Notes: generated from the letters alone by a model not told the origin. A stretch of DNA of 64,000 nt from Bilabrum cf. latius (GCA_965178125.1 OZ237735.1:1984001-2048000); one strand, 5' to 3'; shown: positions 49,703 to 62,400, counted from the stretch's first letter. A program made the numbers and translations.

Positions 49703-52700
49703 TCAAGGCCCAGGCTCTTCGTAGAAGCACACACAGCATGGAAAGTAGCGCTCACAAAGCGACACGTCTCGTCCAAGCTGAGGGGCAGGATCAAGGCTCC
49801 CCGACTTGTCTGGCTCGGCTGGTGGCTCCACATCCTCTCCATCACCACGCAAATCTGCAATCTCTCTTGCGATCCAATGCAGCGTGAACCCCCCAGCGTA
49901 CATGCCCTCCTCAGACACGCGTCTCACCCCGTAGTCAAGTCTTAGCACACCCCTGAACCGAGCAAGCTAGGCACTTTCCAGCCCCATGGCTGCCAGCCCG
50001 GCGTGCTGCGGGATCTTGCTCGGCACCACATCCAGTATCTTGGCCAAATCCCATTGGAGTAACTCCAGCAACACGGTCCCAGTAGCGGCCGCCCGCTGTT
50101 CAGGATTGTGTGGCGGTGGCCCGGCCTGGCTCGGCTTGGCAGCTGCACTGCCTGGCTGCTCACCTGCCCCTGACGACCCGGCCTAGCTTCCGCCACCGCT
50201 TCCGGCCCGCGCCCCTGGTTCACCACCAGAGGACTCCTCCACGAATGGGGCCGCAAACACGATCGCTTTCTTGGATCGGTGCCAGGGGCCATCGGCCTTA
50301 TTTTCTGCCAGGTCCCAAAGAGCCCTCCTGTTCCACGTGCGCGCGATCTTTCCGCTCGTTGTTTTGCGGACATGATGCTTTTTCAGCAGTAGCACGAGCT
50401 GTGGCTTTATGCCGTGCAAGTCCATGACGCTCGCGGCAATTTGCCCAGTTTTCTCGCGCAGAACTCGCACCTTCTCAGCCCTGTTCGACGGCAAGGCATC
50501 CCGCAGCTCTCCAACGATGACGAGCGCGTCGGGTTGCTCGGCCTCAAGAGCGGCAGCAGCTGATGCAGCTGATCCCAGACCGAGGGTCTCCAACGTCCCA
50601 CGGAGGACCCTAGTAGGAACAGCAAACGCAGCCGTGCAGCCTGGCCGCAGGTGCCCAGGCGTGCGCATGCCCCCCTCACCGACGATTGAGCCCACCGCCT
50701 CGGCAGCACCCTCCACATCCTGAGGGTAGTAGTTCTTGCCTCGCACGATGAGCATGTCCTTCATCCGCCCGGTGATGAACAGCTACCCACGTCGCATGAA
50801 TCCCAAGTCGCCGGTCCGCATCCACACCCTGTCTGGGTGGCTACCAAGGAGCGCATCACCCTCGGCGTCCTCGCCGTGTGCATCCTCGTCGTGCCTGTAG
50901 CTGTCGGCACGGCTTGCAGACGCCACGATGGCTGCACTTTCTCCATCGGCATCGGCTCCGCCTGCTCCTGCCCCCGAAGCAGGCCCCTACGCGTCTGTGC
51001 TGCCAACCATTTCAGCCAGCTGTTCTTGCGGAGTGTCCAACGGCGACCCGGCTTTGGCATGAAACGCAGATTTCGTCTTGGAATCGTCTCCCCAGTACCC
51101 TGCAGCCACGCTCGGGCTGGCAAGCCACAGCTCACCGATTCGCCCCGACTGCTCAGGTGCCGTTGCGCCCCCTTCTCCCCCTGATGCCACGGCAGCAGAT
51201 GCATCGCCCGCAGTCTCCTGGCGTCGGATGCGCTGCGGCTCCTTGATTTCTCCTCTCACCAAGTCTAGTGCCGCCGACGGCTCCGACGCAGCGCTGTTGC
51301 GGTCGAGCACTCTGCCAGACTTGGGATCGACGATGGCCATTGCAAACCCAAGGTCAGCGTTTCGCTCAATGTCACCGCAGCTGACGAGAACCTGCAAGGG
51401 CTCGCCGGACCCTTCGTCTTTGCCTGCCGACGCTTCGGTACCTGCTGCTCCTTCTGCTGATGATGAACCCGTTGCCGCATCAGTACCGCCGCTGCTCTAT
51501 GGCTGAGCCGGCTTCTCCATGCCGATTGTGGTTTCATCTGCTTGTACGGCCTCTTCAGCTGCGGTAGCCTGCACCCAATCGCCGAGGCTGCCATCGGCCC
51601 GCCTGTGCCTAAAGCCCTGAACAGCAGCTCGCTTGCCCTCTTGCAGGCTGGCTTGCGTGACCTTTGCACGCATACCCCCGCCATCACAGACGTACACTGT
51701 GGATTCAGCCATGCCAAAAGAGGGTTGCATCGCGATCGGTTGGAAGCCCAGGGGCTCAGCCACTGCGGAGAACGCATCCAAGGCATCTGCAGTGACGGGT
51801 TCAGCCGCATTCAGCGCAAACGCAAGCGAGTGCATGGAGATTAACGGATGGCCATCATCCTCTGGCAGCGCCTCGGCTGGGTGCGAAGGTCTCTGCGCCT
51901 GCCTGCGAAGCACTTGCTCCGCGGCCTTGGACCCTCCGCGCTCCGTGAATTTGCGAGCGGCCAGCAGGTACCCAAAGTTGGGGGACTGGACGTGCGTAGC
52001 GCGCGTCTGCGCAATCATGCGGATCCACAGCGGCGGGTCCCCCACGAATGAAAGAGGGGAGCAGTACACTCCGGACCCGCCGCAGTACATTGGACCGAGC
52101 GTGGATCCGATCAGCCCCATGTCGTGGTATTGGGGCAGCCACCCGGCGACACGGGTCTCCGGAGACGCGTTCATGGTGCGCATGATGCTCCCAAGGTTGT
52201 GCGAAAGTGACCCATGCGTGATCATCACCCCCTTAGGCTCCGAGGTGGAGCCTGACGTGAACTGCAAGAAAGCCACTTCGCTCGGTGCGAAATCCCTGGG
52301 CAGCTCAGCAATGTCCTTGCCACCTTGCAGCTTTTCTCCGGATGAAATCCAAGAATCTACCGAGATCCACTCAAGATCTGGCCATTCCATCCCAGTGGCC
52401 CCGTTTCCGAACACAGAAAGCAAGCTTGAAGCTGCTTGCTGCAACTCGGCAAGCCTCTTGGCACCGAGGTATGCAGAGTGCGAGAGAGCAATCGAGCACC
52501 CGCTTCTCCGCATTATTGAGCTGAAAGCAAGTAGCTGCTACTTCAGACGGCGGGGATCAGGCGGATACGCTGGAACAGCGATTAATCCGGCCTTGAGGCA
52601 TGCTACAAAAGTCACAATGAAATCCGGGCCGGGCAAGAACACGAGACCTACCCTATCGCCCCGTTTCGCCTTGCCGCTCTTCAAGATGTTGGTTGCAATG

Positions 52701-52894
52701 AGAGAACTGCATTGGTCCACTTGCTCATAGGTCAAAGCCTTCTAGGTGGCGCCGCTCTCGTCTACGTACCGCCACAGCAGCTTTGTCGGCGAGTGTTTCA
52801 CGAAGTACTCGAGTCTCGACAAGATACTGTCCACCCTAACAGTTGCACTGGATGACACCTCATTACCTGAGCGTTCGTCCTCCAACTTGTCCAT
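49703..52894 (-). CDS. Fatty acyl-AMP ligase-like adenylation enzyme fused to a C-terminal acyl-carrier-like domain (~1,063 aa); 7 in-frame TAG
   Basis: Motifs LTYEQVD, AGLIAVPAYPP, AFLQFTSGSTSEPKGVMITH, WLPQYHDMGLIG, SPNFGY, NAAEP, FGMAES, GELW, RTGDLGF..LFITGRMKDMLIVRGKNYYPQDVE and KTTSGKIAR. These are followed by the ACP-like LAAMGLESA*L. TAG at 52742, 52538, 51497, 50987, 50783, 50183 and 49967; TGA stop. Confidence 0.9.
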
Positions 52895-52999
52895 TCAATG
52901 GGTAAGGTTTGGGGGGTTTGTTCTGAATTTGATGGATTCATCATCGGCATCCGGAGCTGTAATTCATCGTCGGACAAAAACAGACACTTTGTGCCTGTC
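52895..52999. promoter_or_regulatory. Putative bidirectional promoter region between the FAAL-ACP and SDR genes
   Basis: Only 105 bp of lower-GC DNA separates the two divergent ATGs. This is positional inference only. Confidence 0.4.
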
Positions 53000-54256
53000 A
53001 TGTCAAGACCAGTCGCTATCGTTACTGGCGCTTCTTCTGGTATAGGCCTGGAAACAGCCCGGAATCTGTACCTGTAGGGCTTGCACGTTGTGCTGGCCTG
53101 CAGGTCCAAGGCAAAGTCCATTTCAGCCCAAAAGCAGATTCTAGCTGTAGGCAAGGCAGAGGAGCTCGGAAGCACCGAAGTCCAATTGGTTGATTTTTCT
53201 GACTTTAAGAGTGTTGCTGTTTTCTCCGATCGCGCGAAAAAGGCATACTCTGGCCGAATACAGGCCCTCGTCCTGAACGCCGGCTTGAATACCTTTGGCG
53301 AGGAGTTGATGTCACACGACAAGCTTGAAGTAACTTGGCAGGTAAACTTTCTGGCGCAGTATGCATTGGCCCTAACTCTGCTGCCAGAGCTTGAGCTGGC
53401 ACAAGTCTCAAATGGACGACCTTCAAGACTTGTGTTCTTGTCCAGCTTGATGCACTGGTTCGGGCATCCAGCTGATTTCGAAGCCGGTAGCGACAAGTTT
53501 CTACAGACTAGCTATGCGAGTAGCAAGTTGGCTTGCACTGTGGCATCCATGGAGTTGCATAGGCGCCTTGCCATTCGCGCGAAGCGCCAGGGCAAGCGTT
53601 CACCGGCAGTCACTTGCGTAGCGGTGAATCCAGGAGGCGTATCCACGTCCATATACAGGAATCTTGGTTCATGCACGCAGTGCATGATGGCCCCACTTCA
53701 ATCTGCGCTGTTTTTGACCAGCGAGCAAGCGGGGCAGGTGGTAGCGCACGCGGTAACGGGTGACGATGTGACAGGCGGCTCCTACTGGGCACCTCTGGCG
53801 GCAGCTCCAGGTATTCGGTGGAGCGACAGCGGAAAGGCTCCACTGCATTATGAGGCAAGCAACGGATCCAGGCCTCGGGCTGGGTCACGATCGAAGGCAG
53901 GTCCCAAGCCAGCCTCAGGCCCGTCAGGCTAGGCCTCTGGTGGTGCAGCCGGTGCAAATGGCGCTGCATCTGGAGCGTCATCGGACTCTGGAAGCGACGC
54001 AGTGAGCGAACCAGTCGATACGGAAACGTTCCTGCCGTCCGAGTACCCGCGATCCTGGTGGCAGTGGTCTATGGGGGCATACGCTCACGAAACACTAGGC
54101 CTGTTTGCAGGCCCGCAGAGACACGTTCCCAGTGCAGAGGCCAGGAGCCCAGCGACTGGGAAGCTACTGTGGGATGTGGCATTGAAGCAACTGCGAGGGC
54201 TGGGCAAGCATGGGGCAAAAATCTGCGACGATGCTATCTCCTGGCTGGAAGGTTGA
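53000..54256 (+). CDS. Short-chain dehydrogenase/reductase (retinol dehydrogenase/WWOX-like); 2 in-frame TAG
   Basis: MSRPVAIVTGASSGIGLETARNLYL*GLHVVLACR (TGxxxGxG), LVLNAG, QVNFLA, catalytic YASSK and VNPGGV. TAG at 53075 and 53930; TGA stop. Confidence 0.92.
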
Positions 54257-54289
54257 TGGCAGACTCGGCCATACATAGAATTACCATCT

Positions 54290-57200
54290 GTTTGTCCACT
54301 TATCTCAATCATTCATCCGATTCCAACCCACAGGCCCATCCAAGCCCCAGACCCGCTCGTCAGCCGCGAGCGACCCCCGCCACCGCCTCCTCCAGCAGAG
54401 CCCTGGACGCCCCCAGCGACGTGCCTACATCCGGTGGCAGGTGCTCCACCACCGTGTGATAGTGCGACTGCAGGTCCGCCATGCTGGCCTCATCCCGGGG
54501 AGCCACGAAGGTGACCGCGGCGCCTTTGCGGCCGTGCCTGCCGGACCTCCCGATGCGGTGCAGGTAGTCCTCCCTGTTGCTCGGCACGTCGTAGTTGATC
54601 ACCAGCGACACCTGCTGCACGTCGATGCCCCTGCCGATGAGCCCGGACGCCACCAGCACCCGGGAGGCTCCCTGCCGGAACTCCCTCAGGCGGGCCTGTC
54701 GGTCCTTGGTGTCCATGGCGGCATGGATGCTGGACACGCCGAAGTCCATCGCCCGCAGCTGCTCCGTGACGTAGTCCACGGTGATCCTGCGGTTGCAGAA
54801 GATGACGGCCTTGGTGATGGCCACGCGCTCGTACAGGTCCGTGAGCGCGGCCAGCTTGGCCTCCTCGCCGTCCACACGCACCTAGAACTGCGCGATGCCG
54901 TCCAGCGTGAGCTCGTCTTGCTTGACGAGGATGACCAGCGGATCAGGCCGCATGATGGCTTGGGCCAGGTCCATGGCCTCGCTGGGCAGTGTGGCGGAGA
55001 ACATGCACACCTGGGCATCGCGGGGCACCCCGCACTTGACCAGCTCCTGCAGCTGCTCCTCGAAGCCGCCGCTCAGCATCTCGTCCGCCTCGTCGATGAC
55101 CACGATCCGCAGCCCAGACAGGTCCAGCGACCCGCGCTGGGCCAGCTGCCACAGGCGTCCGGGCGTGCCCACGGCCACGTCCACGCCTCGGTGCAGGGCC
55201 GCCTCATCCTCCCGCACAGACGTGCCGCCCACGAAGGTCCGCACGCTCACGTCCATGCGCTCGCCCAGCGCCTGCAGCACGCCTTGTGTCTGGTCGGCCA
55301 GCTCGCGCACGGGGTTGAGCACGAGTGCCTGGGGCGCGCGGGACCTGCTCGAGCCAGGATCGTCCGCTCTCGCGTCCGCGATGCGCTGCAGCAGGCCGAT
55401 GCCGAAGGCGCCCGTCTTGCCCGTGCCGGACTGCGCCTGGCCCAGCACGTCCCTGCCCTTCGCCACGGGCACGATGGCCCTGGCCTGGATGGCCGTGGGC
55501 TCCACGAAGCCGTACGCGAAGACACCGCGCAGGAGGTCTGCGTGCAGGCCCATATGCTTGAAGTGATCCACGGGCGCGGGCAATGGCGCAGACGTAGATG
55601 CAGACGCGGACGCACGCGCGGCACCGGGCGGCGCATCGGCTGCAGCGTCTGTGGCGGGCTCGCGGTGGTGCGAATCAGGCCCCGTGGCGGCATCATCGGC
55701 GGTGTCGGGCTCGATGCTGCCCGTGGTGCTGCAATCGTCAGCCGTGATGCCCCTGATGCTGGCGCCGTCATCGCTGCATGTGCTGGCGGCCCCGTCCGCG
55801 GCGGTGTGACGGACCGTGCCTGCTGCTGTACGAGCATCATGTGTCGGTGAGGTGTGCACGGCGGCGGGCAGTCTGGGCGGCTTGCATGTGGGCGTGGCTG
55901 CTGCTGTGCCTGTGAGATGGGAGGAGCGGGGATCGGAGGGGATGGCCGCAGGAGATGTGGGAAGAGTGTCCTCCGAGTGTCTCATCAGTATATTCATGCA
56001 TGGCAGTGGCTGAGTGGCGCATCGAGTGTGCATGCCAGCTCCAGCGGTGTGGAAGAACGGCCGGTCCGCGGTCAGCTGGAAGCGCCGTTCTGCACACAAC
56101 TCCAGTCAATGCCGAGAGCCCCGCACAAGAAGACGAGAGGCCAAGCTGGATTCTCCCGAGCTTGACCCACTCATGCATGCACATACATTGCCATGATGCT
56201 CATGGAAGCTGCTTCTACTGGCTCCCAGTACAGCGCTCACCTATGCCTGACTTGCTCCCGCCGCGATGGGAACTGCCCCCCGCAGCTCCCCCGATCTGGA
56301 AGGGCTTCCTCCTGCTCCTGCCCTTTGTTCCAGCGGTTCCCCTGATACGCCTCTCCTCCTCTATCGACTCCTAGTGTGTGTGCTTGGTTGCTGTACTCCT
56401 CATGGTGCTTGTATGTATCATCGTGAGAAGTGAGGTGTCGGGGGATGGTGTGTTCCTGGGTGGCAATGTGCAGTTCCGGCTTCGGGGTCTTGCCCGGATG
56501 TCGGTCAATCGGCCAGCAGCGGTGGAGCGGGTGACACCTATGGATGAAGCGCAAGAGTGCAAGCGTTGGATGGCATGCAGGTCACACTCTGGCTGCCACG
56601 ATGGGATGGCATCAGCGATGGCAGCCATTGATATGCAGCTACAGCCCGTGGCATAGAGGTCCGGCTGGTGACACGGTCACGCTGCCTAGCCAGCTGGCTC
56701 GATGGCGATTGATGGAAGCGCAGTACAATCCAATGGATCTGGATGGAATACTCAATACTATCTTCCTTCTTCTGTCCACTTATCTCAATCATTCATCCGA
56801 TTCCAACCCACAGGCCCATCGAGCCCAGTGCCCCGTTCGTCAGCCGCGAGCGACCCCCGCCGCCGCCTCCTCCAGCAGAGCCCTGGACGCCCCCAGCGAC
56901 GTGCCTACATCCGGTGGCAGGTGCTCCACCACCGTGTGGTAGTGCGACTGCAGGTCCTCGATGCTGGCCTCATCCCGGGGAGCCACGAAGGTGACCGCGG
57001 CGCCTTTGCGGCCGTGCCTGCCGGACCTCCCGATGCGGTGCAGGTAGTCCTCCCTGTTGCTCGGCACGTCGTAGTTGATCACCAGCGACACCTGCTGCAC
57101 GTCGATGCCCCTGCCGATGAGCCCGGACGCCACCAGCACCCGGGAGGCTCCCTGCCGGAACTCCCTCAGGCGGGCCTGTCGGTCCTTGGTGTCCATGGCG

Positions 57201-58990
57201 GCATGGATGCTGGACACGCCGAAGTCCATCGCCCGCAGCTGCTCCGTGACGTAGTCCACGGTGATCCTGCGGTTGCAGAAGATGACGGCCTTGGTGATGG
57301 CCACGCGCTCGTACAGGTCCGTGAGCGCGGCCAGCTTGGCCTCCTCGCCGTCCACACGCACCTAGAACTGCGCGATGCCGTCCAGCGTGAGCTCGTCTTG
57401 CTTGACGAGGATGACCAGCGGATCAGGCCGCATGATGGCTTGGGCCAGGTCCATGGCCTCGCTGGGCAGTGTGGCGGAGAACATGCACACCTGGGCATCG
57501 CGGGGCACCCCGCACTTGAACAGCTCCTGCAGCTGCTCCTCGAAGCCGCCGCTCAGCATCTCGTCCGCCTCGTCGATGACCACGATCCGCAGCCCAGACA
57601 GGTCCAGCGACCCGCGCTGCGCCAGCTGCCACAGGCGTCCGGGCGTGCCCACGGCCACGTCCACGCCTCGGTGCAGGGCCGCCTCATCCTCCCGCACAGA
57701 CGTGCCACCCACGAAGGTCCGCACGCTCACGTCCATGCGCTCGCCCAGCGCCTGCAGCACGCCTTGCGTCTGGTCGGCCAGCTCGCGCACGGGGTTGAGC
57801 ACGAGTGCCTGGGGCGCGCGGGACCTGCTCGAGCCAGGATCGTCCGCTCTCGCGTCCGCGATGCGCTGCAGCAGGCCGATGCCGAAGGCGCCCGTCTTGC
57901 CCGTGCCGGACTGCGCCTGGCCCAGCACGTCCCTGCCCTTCGCCACGGGCACGATGGCCCTGGCCTGGATGGCCGTGGGCTCTACGAAGCCGTACGCGAA
58001 GACACCGCGCAGGAGGTCTGCGTGCAGGCCCATGTGCTTGAAGTGATCCACAGGCGCGGGCAATGGCGCAGACGTAGATGCAGACGCGGACGCACGCGCG
58101 GCACCGGGCGGCGCATCGGCTGCAGCATCTGTGCCGGGCTCGCGGTGGTGCGAATCAGGCCCCGTGGCGGCATCATCGGCGGTGTCAGGCTCAATGCTGC
58201 CCGTGGTGCTGCAGTCGTCAGCCGTGATGCCCCCGATGCTGGCGCCGTCATCGCTGCATGTGCTGGCAGCCCCGTCCGCAGCGGTGTGACGGACCGTGCC
58301 TGCTGCTGTACGAGCATCATGTGTCGGTGAGGTGTGCACGGCGGCGGGCAGTCTGGGCGGCTTGCATGTGGGCGTGGCTGCTGCTGTGCCTGCGAGATGG
58401 GAGGAGCGGGGATCGGAGGAGCGGGGATGGTCGCAGGAGATGTGGGAAGAGTGTCCCCCGAGTGTCTCATCAGTATATTCATGCATGGCAGTGGCTGAGT
58501 GGCGCATCGAGTGTGCATGCCAGCTCCAGCGGTGTGGAAGAACGGCCGGTCCGCGGTCAGCTGGAAGCGCCGTTCTGCACAACTGCAGTCCAATGCCGAG
58601 AGCCCCGCACAAGGAGACGAGAGGCCAAGCTGGATTCTCCCGAGCTTGACCCACTCATGCATGCACATACATTGCCATGATGCTCATGGAAGCTGCTTCT
58701 ACTGGCTCCCAGTACAGCGCTCACCTATGCCTGACTTGCTCCCGCCGCGATGGGAGCTGCCCCCCGCAGCTCCCCCGATCTGGAAGGGCTTCCTCCTGCC
58801 CTTTGTTCCAGCGGTTCCCCTGATACGCCTCTCCTCCTCTATCGACTCCTAGTGTGTGTGCTTGGTTGCTGTACTCCTCATGGTGCTTGTATGTATCATC
58901 GTGAGAAGTGAGGTGTCGGGGGATGGTGTGTTCCTGCCAGTGGATGGCAATGTGCAGTTCCGGCTTAGGGGTCTTGCCCGGATGTCGGTC
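54290..58990. repeat. Direct tandem duplication, period ~2,480 bp (54290-56505 vs 56770-58990)
   Basis: Near-identical sequence covering the 3' flank (TGTCCACTTATCTCAATCATTCATCCGATTCCAACCCACAGG), the CDS and the intron. Confidence 0.93.
54360..56421 (-). CDS. Divergent eIF4A-like DEAD-box helicase, copy 1; probable intron 55910-56240, start uncertain
   Basis: Q motif [50 protein letters not shown] and the eIF4A linker ELTLDGI. An in-frame TAG at 54882 joins the two RecA domains; TGA stop. Confidence 0.85.
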
Positions 58991-58992
58991 AT
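56840..58992 (-). CDS. Divergent eIF4A-like DEAD-box helicase, copy 2; probable intron 58390-58724, start uncertain
   Basis: Near-identical to copy 1, with the same in-frame TAG (57362). In-frame ATG at 58992; TGA stop. Confidence 0.85.
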
Positions 58993-59463
58993 GATGAGAA
59001 AGCTCAAAACATGTACTCTGACTTGGTTGAGATTGACTATAATTGAATACTTTGATTATCCTGCATAGCTCATCGAAAAATAGTGGCTGTGGAAATTAAG
59101 CAATAGTTCGATTGATGACCAAGTGGGCCATGCAAACAAAAGAGAGTGTAATCCAAAGAATCTGTATAGAAGCAAAGCGAGAGAGGTCCACGCCTCCCTC
59201 AAAACACCGATTATAGTGCATTCCGTGCGCGCCTCCGCTGTGGCGCACGAGCTGCTGGATGCTGGCCAAGACACAAGCGGTTTCCGCCCCGCCGGTGCCA
59301 GCTGCAGCCGTCATCCGAGCAACACAAACACACTGCAGCTCCATCTTGCACAGACTGCTGAAGGCAGCCCAAGTGCCCGCCACACTTTGCAAGATCGATC
59401 TGCGATCTACTCATCCAACCCATCAAACCGTTCCACCCAATACAACCGTTCCGTTCACCGCAT

Positions 59464-62400
59464 TCAAGCGACGGTCGCCGACAGCTGGGTTCCATCTCCC
59501 AGCACACCAGTCGCGGAGGTGAAGGAAGAGATGCCCTTCGCATTCACGGCAGCCACACGCACATAGTACGTCTGCCCAATCGGCAGATCGCTGATGAGCT
59601 CAGCGAATGGCTCGCCTGCGAGCACCTCCGTCTCGCCGATGCTGACCGAGTACACGGCTCCATCGAAGCTAGACGTCGTCGAGTACTCGATCCTGTACCC
59701 CGTGATCGGCGATCCTCCGTCCGCCTCATTACCCCGACCCATAAGGGCAGGGCACAGGGACGGAGTGTTCGGGTCCGCGGTGCCACCGCCGCCACAGAAG
59801 ATGCCGTGGGCCGGCACCCGAGGGAAGCCCCACTGCACCTCAATGCAGCTGAAACCCGCGCCACTCGTGCACGTGCCACCTGACACCGATGCCACGGAAG
59901 CAGAAGAAGGCTTGCCCGGCACCTGGACGGCCGGGGTCCTCTTGAGCGTGTTGCTCGGCGCGCCAAGGCCAGCCCTGTTCTTGGCGCGCACGCGGACGTA
60001 GTACTGCCTTCCCGGAGTCAGGAGCGGGATCGTGTAGCTCATGGCTTCCGACACAGCCACCTCAGCACTGCCCTTGTTGGGCGACGGCTCGAACGAGTCA
60101 AAGCCGCGCTGCACGTCCCACTCCACCACAAACGATGACACGACATCGCCACCGTTGTTAAGTGGCAGGTCATATCCGATTGTGATCTTCGAGTCGTTGG
60201 CACGACCGGAAGTCACCCCGATCACCACGTTGCTGGGAGCGCTCGGCGCTTCCCTGGGGTACTCGCTGGCGGGCGTCGAGGCCTGCCTCTCACCTAGGCC
60301 GATCGCGTTGCCAGCGCGCACAAACACAAAGTACGACACCCCCTTGTCCAGGTTGGTCAGCCTGAACTAGTAGGGCGAGCCAGTGCTCAGCGAGGTGAAC
60401 ACGTGCTCCACGGGTGCCGCAGTTGCGGAACCTCGCCGAGTCTCGATCACGTACCGGTCAACCTCCCGCCCGCCATCGTCGGAAGGTGGTGACCAGACCA
60501 CGCGAAGCGCGGCTCCCGATACAGCCGTCAGAGACACCTGCCTGGGGAGACCCGGCACGGTCGCGGGACGAACAGGGGTGGCGGCATTCGTAATCGCGGC
60601 AGGGCCGAAGCCCTTGGCGCTGTTGTAGGCAAACACGCGCACATGGTACGGCGTGCCCTGGGTGAGCCCGCCCACGATTTGCGGCACACCAGCGCACCCA
60701 CCGTTGAACACTTCGCCATCCTGTTCCGTGCGCACGATAGGATCGACCATGTCACCAGCTGTCGTGTTCACGTTATCGGTCGCAATGGCCATACCAAAGT
60801 CACCGTCGTCGTTGAAGGTGATTCGCCACACGAAGTTGTTGGCGGCAGCCCCACCGGTCCCGCCAGGCACGCGCTCGACGGTCACACTTGTCACACCATC
60901 CAGCTCCTCCAGTGCAGCCTCCATCGAGCCACCGGTCAACGATGCATCTTCAGACCAGACTCCTTCACCACCATTGGCGATCAAAGTCTCCTCCGAGGCC
61001 GGGCCCACAGCCACAGCGTAGATCGCTTGCGTTGTGCGAGTCTCTCCGGACGGCAGAGTCACGCGCAGCTGGAATGTGCTGTTGTGATCGATCACATCCG
61101 AGGCAGTGGGCGGTGCCACTTCAACCGTCTGCACCTCTCGGCGAGGGAAGTTGGGGCAGCGCACGTCCTGATGAAGCACGTTCGCAAAATCGGCCGTCTC
61201 GCTGACCTCGATCCTGTACTGCACAACGTCGTCACCACCGTCAAACAGAGGTGCGTTGAATGTCACGTTCAAAGCGTCGCCACGGCCGTCTGTCGCCCGC
61301 ACAAAGAGGTCACGGGGCGCGGAAGGCGCCCTGAGAGCCAGTTCAAGGGGCGACCCGGTAGCCACAGCTGGCTCGGAGCCTCCATGCAGAGCACCGACCG
61401 AGCTCACGCGCACTGCGTACTGCTGACCGGCGGTCAGGCCAATGATGCGGTAGGCGAACGTGGCGTGGTCGACCTCCGCGAAGCCGTAGCCTGCGGGTCG
61501 CTGCCCCACCGCGCAACCTCCGCTAGGATGGCCAGTTCCATCGCTTGCTACTGGATCGGGACCGCAGACCAGAGTGCCCTGATCGCTAGCATCCACCTCG
61601 TAGTCGCCTCCAATGTACACCACGGAAGCAGTCGCCGCGGGGTACAGGGGGGACGAATCCACGAGAAGGTCAGGCAGGCCAGTACCAGACACGTCCTGCT
61701 CGGACGCCGACGGCACCTCATTCACGCCGAAGGTGACCCGCCACACGTACTCGCCGGTGGTGGAGCCGTTTCCAATGTCACGAGATACGTCGACGTTGCC
61801 GCTGGTGGTCACAAGCTGCTCCACCGCACGGGCAACATCCTCTTCCGTAGCGTTGTAGGCTACCAGCGTCGAAGCGCCGGAGCCACGGAACCTCAGTCGG
61901 AAGTGGCCTCGCACCACATCCCCAGCAGCCCTACCGGCAGCCGTCAGCTCCGTCCGGATTACGCCAACTTCCCGCACGCCATTTGCGGTACGCCCCTGCG
62001 TGAGCGTGGTGACCTGGCCCTGTGTAGAGCCAGTCAGCAGCGCTTCATCGATCAGAAGCTCCGGCTGGTTGCCCGGAGTCACGGTCTGATCGGCGAAAGT
62101 GATCTGCCACCTGTACCCGCGCACCGGGCCGGACGCTGGCACGGGCTAGCGAGCGACCTCGACGTGGCCGACGACCGCGTCCGCGTTACCGGTGCCGTTG
62201 CCCATGCTCATGAGGGCAAAGCGCAGTTGCTCCGGGGACACATCGAACGGCAAGAGCTGCGTGCGCTCGCCCTTGAACTCCAGGGCGAACGAGCCGGCGG
62301 CGCTGCCAGCGGTTGCGTGCTCGACCTGCACCTGCTGCACCTCCACGACGTGTTCATTCGACTCGAACCACTCCACCCTGTATTTCTAGATGGAATCGCC

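Noticed and set aside
54882-54884. TAG = Tyr, suggested by the eIF4A QFYV column
   Set aside because: It is a single site in a divergent paralogue. All other informative sites point to Gln or Glu.
56505-56715. Possible degenerate remnant of the SDR 3' end between the helicase copies (SWLDGD-TGA vs SWLEG-TGA)
   Set aside because: The similarity is too short to support by eye and would need an alignment.
59000-59460. Short ORFs, or a tRNA such as a CUA suppressor, in intergenic gaps (also 5400-5686 and 14453-14854)
   Set aside because: I recognised no convincing coding signal or cloverleaf, so these were treated as intergenic/UTR.
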